Position numbers and translations under genes: made by a program. Positions 1 through 8,768 of a DNA stretch of 64,000 nt are shown here, one piece after another. The notes below the pieces were generated by a model. It made no database searches. It worked only from the letters and a program-made list of their open reading frames with translations, and had not been told where the DNA came from. This DNA comes from an uncultured Spirochaetota bacterium (lineage in GTDB: Bacteria; Spirochaetota; Spirochaetia; SZUA-6; CAVTHK01): assembly GCA_963734495.1 (NCBI GenBank), contig CAVTHK010000001.1, positions 1 through 64,000 of the forward strand. Direction: 5' to 3'. Every line of letters starts with the position of its first letter. Positions within the stretch are counted from its first letter, which is position 1.

Positions 1-58
1 TTGCGTTCTCCCCCGCGGCAAAGTACTCCAGCCAGGCGCTCGAGTCGATGACGTTCAT
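1..58 (-). CDS. vapC: VapC-like PIN toxin, N-terminus only (runs off window)
   Basis: Reverse strand from 58 reads MNVIDSSAWLEYFAAGENA, a PIN N-terminal xDSSxW motif; overlaps the stop of the upstream antitoxin. Confidence 0.8.
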   Translation of the reverse strand, partial: MNVIDSSAWLEYFAAGENA

Positions 59-261
59 ACCCTATCGGCATCCCTGTCGATATGGGTGTCGATCCCCTTG
101 AGGAAGCCCCGCATTTTCTTGACTGGCCTGATCGGTATCAGCTCGATTCGCCCCTCATAGGCGACGGCTTCCACCTTCTGGCCCGGAGACAGTTGCAGCT
201 TTTCGCGTATTTCCTTGGGGATAACGACCTGATACTTGGGGGAGATTGTGACAGCAGCCAT
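55..261 (-). CDS. AbrB/MazE/SpoVT-family antitoxin (cassette-borne TA)
   Basis: MAAVTISPKYQVVIPKEIREKLQLSPGQKV is an AbrB-type motif; AGGAGG RBS upstream. Confidence 0.88.
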   Translation of the reverse strand: MAAVTISPKYQVVIPKEIREKLQLSPGQKVEAVAYEGRIELIPIRPVKKMRGFLKGIDTHIDRDADRV

Positions 262-304
262 AGAGCAGCCTCCTCCTAGTCGAAAAGAGCCCGGTACCGA
301 CGAA

Positions 305-333
305 ACTATATCGATCGACGCTGGGTAAGTCAA
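305..333 (-). promoter_or_regulatory. sigma70-type promoter of the AbrB-VapC cassette
   Basis: Minus strand TTGACT-N17-TATAGT just upstream of the antitoxin. Confidence 0.65.
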
Positions 334-487
334 CGGTCACTATGCGAGTGCCTCCGTGTCCCGACATGAGAACCCTGAGGCTGGCTCGTCACCCTACGTG
401 CATACGGATCTTCGCATAGCCCGGACACGGTAGGCGGGCCGCTGGCACCCAAGAGTGTCTTTGGCAGGGCCGCCCTCTTCATATGCC

Positions 488-600
488 ATGTAACATAGAG
501 TTGAGTCGCGCCGCCGCAAGCTCCCGATCACCCAGTCTATACGAGCCTGGGCTTCCGTGCCAGCGACGGTTAAGGCGTCGACTCCAACGATTTGTTATGT
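488..600 (-). repeat. attC: attC site 1 (empty)
   Basis: + strand TAACATAGAGTTGAG...CTCCAACGATTTGTTATGT; imperfect palindrome shared across the array. Confidence 0.9.
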
Positions 601-620
601 TTACCCGTCTTTCTCCCTCG

Positions 621-1273
621 CTACCATGTCCAGTCGGTGGGGTTCAAGACCGTGATTCTATCCTTCGGGAAGTCGCCGGTGTTACGGGTTATCAGAGTAA
701 GGATGTCGTTCCTGAGGGCGCAGTGGTACTGGAGGCTGTCCTCGAAGTCCTTGTGGGGCGCTGCAAGAGCTGCGTCGACTACTGTTTCGTCGACGGCGGC
801 AACACCCACCAGCCGGCGCAAGCGTCGGATTCGTTCCAGAGCGTAGGGCTTGTTTCGCAGCTTAGCCAGCAGATAGTACAGGTTCGCCACCACCACAGGA
901 GAGGTCAGACACCTGGCTTTCGACTTGTGCAGTTGGGAAAACAGCTTCAGCGCCATGCCGTGATGCGGTTCACGGCGAACGAAGAGATCAAGAATCACGT
1001 CCGTGTCCAGGAAGACGCTACGCACGCAGGTACTTGTCCCTAGGTAGCGGAACTTTGGGTCGTCGTGGGGAGGCGGTCGGTCCAGCGGGATCTCGTCTGC
1101 GATCTCGAGAACGACTGGGTCGATATCAGACGCGTCGGAAGCCTCGGCCGTCACGTGCCTGAGGTAGTTGGTTACCAGCTGGGACAGGCTCTTTTTCTGC
1201 TTGCGGGCGTATCGTTTGGCCTTCTCCACGACTTGGCGATCTACACTCTCCTTAGGGTGAGCTTTGTGGTCAT
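621..1273 (-). CDS. DUF6364-like antitoxin plus PIN toxin (two genes that appear fused or shifted by probable indels)
   Basis: MTTKLTL...EKAKRYARKQKKSLSQLVTNYL (antitoxin), then RSVFLDTDVILD...DFEDSLQYHCA...ITRNTGDF (PIN); frame breaks near 1250 and 1040. Confidence 0.8.
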
Positions 1274-1283
1274 TGACCCATCC

Positions 1284-1322
1284 TTACGTATGAATGTAGT
1301 ATCCCCATATACGTAATGTCAA
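1284..1322 (-). promoter_or_regulatory. TA promoter with overlapping operator inverted repeat
   Basis: Minus strand TTGACA-N18-TACATT; inverted repeat TTACGTAT (1284-1291) / ATACGTAA (1309-1316). Confidence 0.65.
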
Positions 1323-1444
1323 GGCCGAGAACACGCATCCCATAGCGCCCCGTGCCAGCGACCGCCACAGATCTCCCCGTTCCAGCGGCAGCAGCCACTT
1401 CCTTGCCGTGACCATCAAACGCTATCCGGCAAGCGCTCGGGTAA

Positions 1445-1557
1445 ACATAACATAGAGTTGAGTAGCGCCGCCGTCGCCTCACTGGCCACAGTGTACACGC
1501 GCCCAATCGACCGTGCCAGTCACGACTTCAGGCGTCTACTCCAACGATTTGTTATGG
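1445..1557 (-). repeat. attC: attC site 2 (empty)
   Basis: ACATAACATAGAGTTGAG...CTCCAACGATTTGTTATGG. Confidence 0.92.
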
Positions 1558-1578
1558 CGCAACCGGGTCGTCACGCAC

Positions 1579-2292
1579 CTACACGCGAGCTATACTGTAC
1601 CGGTCGCTGACTCTGACTTGAACCGCTCCTTTCTCCGAAATTGCCATGGGAGACCATTCGACTGCGGGAGTGCCCTCAAGATAGAACCTAATCGCCCTGC
1701 CGGTAGGCTCAATCTGCAGACTGGCTTCTGTTGTCATCAGCTGTTCCAGCTGCTCGTCAAGCGAATGCGCCGCTCTTTCGAGCCCGTTTGGTTCACTGAA
1801 TATCAACTTGTCGCGACCTACTTTCGGCATATCGGGGTACCTGCCCAGAACGTCTGCGGGTGCTTCCCACTGCACTGTCCGACAGAGGTCCCTCCCCTTC
1901 AGTGGCGGCACACCGTCTATGTCGAATCTGTCGTACCTGCCGAGTATTCGAACTAGCTCGATAGCGGTACTGTCGCCAAAGAATGGACAGCCCCTTGAGG
2001 AGATGAACGCCGGCGTTGAGTACTCGTTTCTTTCCCGGGCACCGATTTCCATCTCAGAGAAAGCAGGAGTGAAGATGATCGAAGTTCCTACTCTCCTTAT
2101 CTGGATCCAGTCGCCGCTCTTGCAGTGGATCGTCCCGCACTCCTCACATATGATTGACTGAGTACGGTCTGGCTCGACACTTGTGAGCTCGAGGTGCATT
2201 GAAGAGCTGCGTGTCGTCAGCGAATAGCGCGTCAGAAGGGTGCAGCCCGCCTCCACTTGAGGAGAAATCAAGTACGTGCTTGCGAACTTCAA
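1579..2292 (-). CDS. cassette hypothetical protein with CxxC...C motif
   Basis: ORF fills cassette 1551-2394; ICEECGTIHC motif; start uncertain. Confidence 0.6.
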   Translation of the reverse strand: MKFASTYLISPQVEAGCTLLTRYSLTTRSSSMHLELTSVEPDRTQSIICEECGTIHCKSGDWIQIRRVGTSIIFTPAFSEMEIGARERNEYSTPAFISSRGCPFFGDSTAIELVRILGRYDRFDIDGVPPLKGRDLCRTVQWEAPADVLGRYPDMPKVGRDKLIFSEPNGLERAAHSLDEQLEQLMTTEASLQIEPTGRAIRFYLEGTPAVEWSPMAISEKGAVQVRVSDRYSIARV

Positions 2293-2387
2293 GCCTAACT
2301 ACGACCCACACTGACACCCTCCTTTGCAGGGTCGTGAGACGACTCCGCATGATGCATCGGCGCCGCGACCTGCTTTTGGCTTTTGCG

Positions 2388-2495
2388 CCATAACATAGAG
2401 TTGAGCTGCGCCGCCGCTATCTACCGGGCAGCAGTCTATACTAGCCCAATCGACCGTGCAAGTCGGCGACTTAAGGCGTCAGCTCCAACGATTTG
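2388..2495 (-). repeat. attC: attC site 3, interrupted by IS110 copy 1 (remainder at 4039-4045)
   Basis: CCATAACATAGAG...CAACGATTTG then IS; GTTAGGC resumes after the IS. Confidence 0.92.
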
Positions 2496-2577
2496 ATACT
2501 TATTAAGGCCTCCCCCTCGGAGGTACGGTAGGATACCTACCGTCGCTCAACTAAACGATTTTGAGGAGGAGGCCACG

Positions 2578-3624
2578 ATGCACTTCTACAGCCGACAGCA
2601 CCGATTCTATTGCGGGATCGATCTGCACGCAAGGAGCATGTACGTCTGCATCATCGATTCTTCGGGGGCGGTGGTCTTCCACCGCAACCTGCCCACCGAC
2701 CGCCAGCAGCTCGTGGAGGCGATCGGGCCCTACAAGGAGGACATCGTTGTCGCGGTCGAGTGCATCTTCACCTGGTACTGGATCGCCGACGTGTGCGCCG
2801 AGCAGGCGATCCCGTTCGTCCTGGGTCACGCGCTGTACATGAAGGCGATTCACGGCGGCAAGACCAAGAACGACAAGATCGACTCACAGAAGATCGCGGG
2901 GCTGCTGCGCGGCGGCCTGCTGCCTCTCGCCTACGCTTACCCCCAGGCCATGCGCTCCACCCGCGATCTGCTTCGCCGCCGCATGTACCTCATGCACCAC
3001 CAGAGCGAGCTGCTGGCCCACATCCAGAACACCAACGCGCAGTACAACCTGGCGGCCTTTGAGAAGCGCATCAACTACCGTGGTAATCGGGCCGAGCTCG
3101 GCGAGCATTTCCAGGACCCGATGGTGAGAAAGAGCGTCGAGGCTGACAGCGAGGTCCTCGACACTCTCCACAAAGTGCTGCTGAAGCTCGAGGGCGCGGT
3201 CCTGGAGCAAGCCCGTGATCACGATCCGGCGACTCTGCAGTTGATCCGCAGCGTTCCCGGCATCGGCAAGGTGTTGTCTCTGGTGATCCTCTATGAGATC
3301 CAGGACATCGGCCGCTTCCCCACGGCGGGAAACTTCATCTCCTACGCGCGGCTGGTCAAATGCGCCCGCGAGTCTTCAGGAAAGAAGAGTGGATCGCGCA
3401 ACTCAAAGATCGGCAACGTCCACCTCAAGTGGGCCTTCTCCGAGGCGGCCGTGACGTTCTTGCGCAACAACGAGCCCGCCCAGCTCTATCACCACAAGCT
3501 CGTCGCCAAGTACGGCAAGGCCAAGGCTCTGTCGATCATCGCGCAGAAGCTCGGCCGCACCCTCTACTTCATCCTCAAGCACAAGGAGGCTTTCGACCCC
3601 CTGCGTTTTTACCAAGGAGGTTGA
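2578..3624 (+). CDS. IS110 DEDD recombinase/transposase
   Basis: GIDLH, VAVEC and KNDKID acidic motifs; VPGIG and RESSG (candidate catalytic Ser) in the C-terminal domain; GAGGAGG RBS. Confidence 0.96.
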   Translation: MHFYSRQHRFYCGIDLHARSMYVCIIDSSGAVVFHRNLPTDRQQLVEAIGPYKEDIVVAVECIFTWYWIADVCAEQAIPFVLGHALYMKAIHGGKTKNDKIDSQKIAGLLRGGLLPLAYAYPQAMRSTRDLLRRRMYLMHHQSELLAHIQNTNAQYNLAAFEKRINYRGNRAELGEHFQDPMVRKSVEADSEVLDTLHKVLLKLEGAVLEQARDHDPATLQLIRSVPGIGKVLSLVILYEIQDIGRFPTAGNFISYARLVKCARESSGKKSGSRNSKIGNVHLKWAFSEAAVTFLRNNEPAQLYHHKLVAKYGKAKALSIIAQKLGRTLYFILKHKEAFDPLRFYQGG

Positions 3625-3910
3625 TGAGAGAAAGGGACAGGGTGTGCAGCAAACCTGTCACGCCTAACTGGACTGCCATCCCTGTGCGCGCTCTATGTTC
3701 GGGCAAGTCCCACGATTTGATTGGTCGCACACCCTGGTCCCGTTTTCTCTGTGCACGACAACGGAACACCGATACGCGGTCTGCCCCGCGCCGAGCCGCA
3801 AAAGTAACTGAGGCACCGCGAGGTGACCCCCTTTTTTGATTCGGACGGCGGTCGGGCACCAATAGTCTTCTAGAGCGCTTCGGGCGACTCTCGATACGTG
3901 TTTGGTGCAG
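3625..3910 (+). ncRNA. putative bridge/seek RNA of IS110 copy 1 (same in copies 2-3, slightly diverged in copy 4)
   Basis: Hairpin 3627-3750 whose internal loop holds GCCTAAC and ACGATTTG (attC target); second hairpin 3856-3908 holds ATACGTG (IS end plus core); RNA boundaries approximate. Confidence 0.75.
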
Positions 3911-4237
3911 GCTGCGTTCCTGCACCCATCGCAGAAACCAAGTCGGACCAACTTGTCGGGTGTTCTTGCGCAGTCCCGAGGCAGCCACACGGTTGTCAGG
4001 ACTTCTCACGCCTCTTGACGAGGGAAGGCCTTATACGTGTTAGGCTGCCAACGCAGCCAGCCAACGCTCCACGGACTTGCAGCCTTGGCTTTGGCCGGCC
4101 TCCGTGATGCTGAACCTGGCCTGGTTGGGCTTGTCACCAGTCTGCACCGCCATCACGGAGATGAGTCTATCCGGCCCATCGACGGAGCGGTGGTGATCTG
4201 TGCGTTGCCCAGGACGTAGTGGCAACGGCGAGTAGCT

Positions 4238-4474
4238 CTACAGTGAATGAACACAGTATTTGTACAACAACCCTCTGATGAGCAGCTTTGTGGTTCCGTC
4301 TGCCGCGATCAAGTAGCAGGGTGGAGAGGGGCTCTGCACCATTTCGATGAGCAGACCCTTCTCCTTGAGCGCACCAAGAGTCTTGTAGAGCGCAGGAGCG
4401 TTCTCGGCCACGGTCTTGTTGATGTCCGGCAGCCGGTTTCGATAGATGGCTTGGCCCATCCCGTATGGCGCCAC
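4238..4474 (-). CDS. short or truncated cassette ORF, unknown function
   Basis: Best ORF in cassette 4039-4587; no clear start or RBS. Confidence 0.35.
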   Translation of the reverse strand: MAPYGMGQAIYRNRLPDINKTVAENAPALYKTLGALKEKGLLIEMVQSPSPPCYLIAADGTTKLLIRGLLYKYCVHSL

Positions 4475-4580
4475 GACTGCAAGCTCTGCGCATGCTTCGC
4501 CCTCTTTGGCCAGTGTAGCGTGCGCAGACGGCGGGCGATCAGCAAGCCCATAGGCACGCCGCTCGGTCGCGTTCGACGCG

Positions 4581-4687
4581 ACATAACATAGAGTTGAGTA
4601 GCGCCGCCGAGGCTCCCCAGCTCACAGTGTAGTCGAGCCTCGCCGACCGTGCCAGTCGGCCCTTCAGGCGTCTACTCCAACGATTTG
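4581..4687 (-). repeat. attC: attC site 4, interrupted by IS110 copy 2 (remainder at 6231-6237)
   Basis: attC consensus ending CAACGATTTG; GTTATGC after the IS. Confidence 0.92.
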
Positions 4688-6229
4688 ATACTTATTAAGG
4701 CCTCCCCCTCGGAGGTACGGTAGGATACCTACCGTCGCTCAACTAAACGATTTTGAGGAGGAGGCCACGATGCACTTCTACAGCCGACAGCACCGATTCT
4801 ATTGCGGGATCGATCTGCACGCAAGGAGCATGTACGTCTGCATCATCGATTCTTCGGGGGCGGTGGTCTTCCACCGCAACCTGCCCACCGACCGCCAGCA
4901 GCTCGTGGAGGCGATCGGGCCCTACAAGGAGGACATCGTTGTCGCGGTCGAGTGCATCTTCACCTGGTACTGGATCGCCGACGTGTGCGCCGAGCAGGCG
5001 ATCCCGTTCGTCCTGGGTCACGCGCTGTACATGAAGGCGATTCACGGCGGCAAGACCAAGAACGACAAGATCGACTCACAGAAGATCGCGGGGCTGCTGC
5101 GCGGCGGCCTGCTGCCTCTCGCCTACGCTTACCCCCAGGCCATGCGCTCCACCCGCGATCTGCTTCGCCGCCGCATGTACCTCATGCACCACCAGAGCGA
5201 GCTGCTGGCCCACATCCAGAACACCAACGCGCAGTACAACCTGGCGGCCTTTGAGAAGCGCATCAACTACCGTGGTAATCGGGCCGAGCTCGGCGAGCAT
5301 TTCCAGGACCCGATGGTGAGAAAGAGCGTCGAGGCTGACAGCGAGGTCCTCGACACTCTCCACAAAGTGCTGCTGAAGCTCGAGGGCGCGGTCCTGGAGC
5401 AAGCCCGTGATCACGATCCGGCGACTCTGCAGTTGATCCGCAGCGTTCCCGGCATCGGCAAGGTGTTGTCTCTGGTGATCCTCTATGAGATCCAGGACAT
5501 CGGCCGCTTCCCCACGGCGGGAAACTTCATCTCCTACGCGCGGCTGGTCAAATGCGCCCGCGAGTCTTCAGGAAAGAAGAGTGGATCGCGCAACTCAAAG
5601 ATCGGCAACGTCCACCTCAAGTGGGCCTTCTCCGAGGCGGCCGTGACGTTCTTGCGCAACAACGAGCCCGCCCAGCTCTATCACCACAAGCTCGTCGCCA
5701 AGTACGGCAAGGCCAAGGCTCTGTCGATCATCGCGCAGAAGCTCGGCCGCACCCTCTACTTCATCCTCAAGCACAAGGAGGCTTTCGACCCCCTGCGTTT
5801 TTACCAAGGAGGTTGATGAGAGAAAGGGACAGGGTGTGCAGCAAACCTGTCACGCCTAACTGGACTGCCATCCCTGTGCGCGCTCTATGTTCGGGCAAGT
5901 CCCACGATTTGATTGGTCGCACACCCTGGTCCCGTTTTCTCTGTGCACGACAACGGAACACCGATACGCGGTCTGCCCCGCGCCGAGCCGCAAAAGTAAC
6001 TGAGGCACCGCGAGGTGACCCCCTTTTTTGATTCGGACGGCGGTCGGGCACCAATAGTCTTCTAGAGCGCTTCGGGCGACTCTCGATACGTGTTTGGTGC
6101 AGGCTGCGTTCCTGCACCCATCGCAGAAACCAAGTCGGACCAACTTGTCGGGTGTTCTTGCGCAGTCCCGAGGCAGCCACACGGTTGTCAGGACTTCTCA
6201 CGCCTCTTGACGAGGGAAGGCCTTATACG
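4688..6229 (+). mobile_element. IS110 copy 2
   Basis: Appears identical to copy 1 (offset 2192); TG flanks. Confidence 0.95.
4770..5816 (+). CDS. IS110 transposase
   Basis: Identical 348-aa protein. Confidence 0.96.
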   Translation: MHFYSRQHRFYCGIDLHARSMYVCIIDSSGAVVFHRNLPTDRQQLVEAIGPYKEDIVVAVECIFTWYWIADVCAEQAIPFVLGHALYMKAIHGGKTKNDKIDSQKIAGLLRGGLLPLAYAYPQAMRSTRDLLRRRMYLMHHQSELLAHIQNTNAQYNLAAFEKRINYRGNRAELGEHFQDPMVRKSVEADSEVLDTLHKVLLKLEGAVLEQARDHDPATLQLIRSVPGIGKVLSLVILYEIQDIGRFPTAGNFISYARLVKCARESSGKKSGSRNSKIGNVHLKWAFSEAAVTFLRNNEPAQLYHHKLVAKYGKAKALSIIAQKLGRTLYFILKHKEAFDPLRFYQGG

Positions 6230-6303
6230 TGTTATGCGGCTCCAGGTTGAATGACAACCAAGCCGACTGCGTCATTGTGGTACGGCCTGACTACTCGGCG
6301 GTG

Positions 6304-6840
6304 TCATAGGCTCATCCTCATGTGGATATCATCAGGCTCGCGCGCGTACATCTCCGGGTCAGCTTGCGCGGTCGGGAGGAAGCCGACGCTCGTGTAGAAC
6401 CTGATCGTATTCTCCGACGGCGTAGCCGAAACATAGAGATACTTGGCGCCTAGCCTGCGGGCGTCGTCCTTGATCAGCGCGACCAGCTGCGTGCCGACCC
6501 CGATACCTCTGTAGCCTTTGCTGACCCAGAGGCCCGATAGGTTGACCATGTTCCTATCGGACTCCATTGGGTTGCGATTCAGGATCGCCATCCCCACAAG
6601 CCGGGTGCCATCTCGGGCACCGTAGACGGCGGCACCCTCGGACAGGCGCCGCCTGATCCTTTCGACGCGACAAGCCTTTTCCTGCGGCTTCCAGTCAGGT
6701 ATGTCCTGGTGGTCGTCATGGAGAGTAAGTCGACCATTGTGCATTCGAAACACCCGGTCGACCTTTTCGCTGCGATCGAGGTCAATAAGCTGTGGAATAT
6801 CGGCGTCGGTAAGCTCTTTGTAGAGTATGGACGAACTCAC
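6304..6840 (-). CDS. GNAT N-acetyltransferase cassette
   Basis: LWVSKGYRGIGVGTQL acetyl-CoA motif A; NTIRFYTSVGF; GTG start after GGAGG. Confidence 0.9.
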   Translation of the reverse strand: MSSSILYKELTDADIPQLIDLDRSEKVDRVFRMHNGRLTLHDDHQDIPDWKPQEKACRVERIRRRLSEGAAVYGARDGTRLVGMAILNRNPMESDRNMVNLSGLWVSKGYRGIGVGTQLVALIKDDARRLGAKYLYVSATPSENTIRFYTSVGFLPTAQADPEMYAREPDDIHMRMSL

Positions 6841-7041
6841 GGGTCGCCTCCCATAGGGTATGCCGCTCATGCGGCAAGAACCTGCAACGGTACCTGGGGA
6901 TCACGAGGAGGAAGGCGGGAACAGGATGTGGCGTTGCGGGCGACCTGTCAACTCATCGTTTCGTGACAGAAGCGTTGTCGGAAAGGCACTCCCGACCGTC
7001 ATGAGGCAGGGCTGTTTGCCTTTCGATCAACCCTCTGAGCC

Positions 7042-7149
7042 GCATAACATAGAGTTGAGTAGCGCCGCCGAGTAGCTCCCAGGCCCACAGTATAGTCGAG
7101 CCTCCCCGACCGTGCCAGCGGCCCTTCAGGCGTCTACTCCAACGATTTG
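7042..7149 (-). repeat. attC: attC site 5, interrupted by IS110 copy 3 (remainder at 8693-8699)
   Basis: attC consensus; GTTAGGT after the IS. Confidence 0.92.
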
Positions 7150-8691
7150 ATACTTATTAAGGCCTCCCCCTCGGAGGTACGGTAGGATACCTACCGTCGC
7201 TCAACTAAACGATTTTGAGGAGGAGGCCACGATGCACTTCTACAGCCGACAGCACCGATTCTATTGCGGGATCGATCTGCACGCAAGGAGCATGTACGTC
7301 TGCATCATCGATTCTTCGGGGGCGGTGGTCTTCCACCGCAACCTGCCCACCGACCGCCAGCAGCTCGTGGAGGCGATCGGGCCCTACAAGGAGGACATCG
7401 TTGTCGCGGTCGAGTGCATCTTCACCTGGTACTGGATCGCCGACGTGTGCGCCGAGCAGGCGATCCCGTTCGTCCTGGGTCACGCGCTGTACATGAAGGC
7501 GATTCACGGCGGCAAGACCAAGAACGACAAGATCGACTCACAGAAGATCGCGGGGCTGCTGCGCGGCGGCCTGCTGCCTCTCGCCTACGCTTACCCCCAG
7601 GCCATGCGCTCCACCCGCGATCTGCTTCGCCGCCGCATGTACCTCATGCACCACCAGAGCGAGCTGCTGGCCCACATCCAGAACACCAACGCGCAGTACA
7701 ACCTGGCGGCCTTTGAGAAGCGCATCAACTACCGTGGTAATCGGGCCGAGCTCGGCGAGCATTTCCAGGACCCGATGGTGAGAAAGAGCGTCGAGGCTGA
7801 CAGCGAGGTCCTCGACACTCTCCACAAAGTGCTGCTGAAGCTCGAGGGCGCGGTCCTGGAGCAAGCCCGTGATCACGATCCGGCGGCTCTGCAGTTGATC
7901 CGCAGCGTTCCCGGCATCGGCAAGGTGTTGTCTCTGGTGATCCTCTATGAGATCCAGGACATCGGCCGCTTCCCCACGGCGGGAAACTTCATCTCCTACG
8001 CGCGGCTGGTCAAATGCGCCCGCGAGTCTTCAGGAAAGAAGAGTGGATCGCGCAACTCAAAGATCGGCAACGTCCACCTCAAGTGGGCCTTCTCCGAGGC
8101 GGCCGTGACGTTCTTGCGCAACAACGAGCCCGCCCAGCTCTATCACCACAAGCTCGTCGCCAAGTACGGCAAGGCCAAGGCTCTGTCGATCATCGCGCAG
8201 AAGCTCGGCCGCACCCTCTACTTCATCCTCAAGCACAAGGAGGCTTTCGACCCCCTGCGTTTTTACCAAGGAGGTTGATGAGAGAAAGGGACAGGGTGTG
8301 CAGCAAACCTGTCACGCCTAACTGGACTGCCATCCCTGTGCGCGCTCTATGTTCGGGCAAGTCCCACGATTTGATTGGTCGCACACCCTGGTCCCGTTTT
8401 CTCTGTGCACGACAACGGAACACCGATACGCGGTCTGCCCCGCGCCGAGCCGCAAAAGTAACTGAGGCACCGCGAGGTGACCCCCTTTTTTGATTCGGAC
8501 GGCGGTCGGGCACCAATAGTCTTCTAGAGCGCTTCGGGCGACTCTCGATACGTGTTTGGTGCAGGCTGCGTTCCTGCACCCATCGCAGAAACCAAGTCGG
8601 ACCAACTTGTCGGGTGTTCTTGCGCAGTCCCGAGGCAGCCACACGGTTGTCAGGACTTCTCACGCCTCTTGACGAGGGAAGGCCTTATACG
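7150..8691 (+). mobile_element. IS110 copy 3
   Basis: Near-identical to copy 1 (one T>A amino-acid change, DPAT>DPAA); TG flanks. Confidence 0.95.
7232..8278 (+). CDS. IS110 transposase
   Basis: 348 aa with DEDD motifs. Confidence 0.96.
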   Translation: MHFYSRQHRFYCGIDLHARSMYVCIIDSSGAVVFHRNLPTDRQQLVEAIGPYKEDIVVAVECIFTWYWIADVCAEQAIPFVLGHALYMKAIHGGKTKNDKIDSQKIAGLLRGGLLPLAYAYPQAMRSTRDLLRRRMYLMHHQSELLAHIQNTNAQYNLAAFEKRINYRGNRAELGEHFQDPMVRKSVEADSEVLDTLHKVLLKLEGAVLEQARDHDPAALQLIRSVPGIGKVLSLVILYEIQDIGRFPTAGNFISYARLVKCARESSGKKSGSRNSKIGNVHLKWAFSEAAVTFLRNNEPAQLYHHKLVAKYGKAKALSIIAQKLGRTLYFILKHKEAFDPLRFYQGG

Positions 8692-8768
8692 TGTTAGGTG
8701 GACCCCGTCCGCGAGCGAGTCCGACTAGCGAGCTGCCGCCAGCACGAAGCCACGCGGCTGCCTAGGGG

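Larger units (their letters stand above)
2496..4037 (+). mobile_element. IS110-family (IS1111-type) element, copy 1
   Basis: TG core on both sides (2494-2495, 4038-4039); subterminal IRs TAAGGCCTCCCCCTCG (2504-2519) / CGAGGGAAGGCCTTA (4019-4033); transposase followed by about 410 nt of 3' non-coding sequence. Confidence 0.95.

Noticed and set aside
621-1229. Antitoxin-toxin fusion protein
   Set aside because: One added base near 1040 restores an antitoxin stop overlapping the PIN start; likely a sequencing indel.
3691-3699. CTCTATGTT in the IS RNA, complementary to attC AACATAGAG, as a third guide
   Set aside because: It is changed to CTCTGTATT in copy 4, which inserted at the same site.
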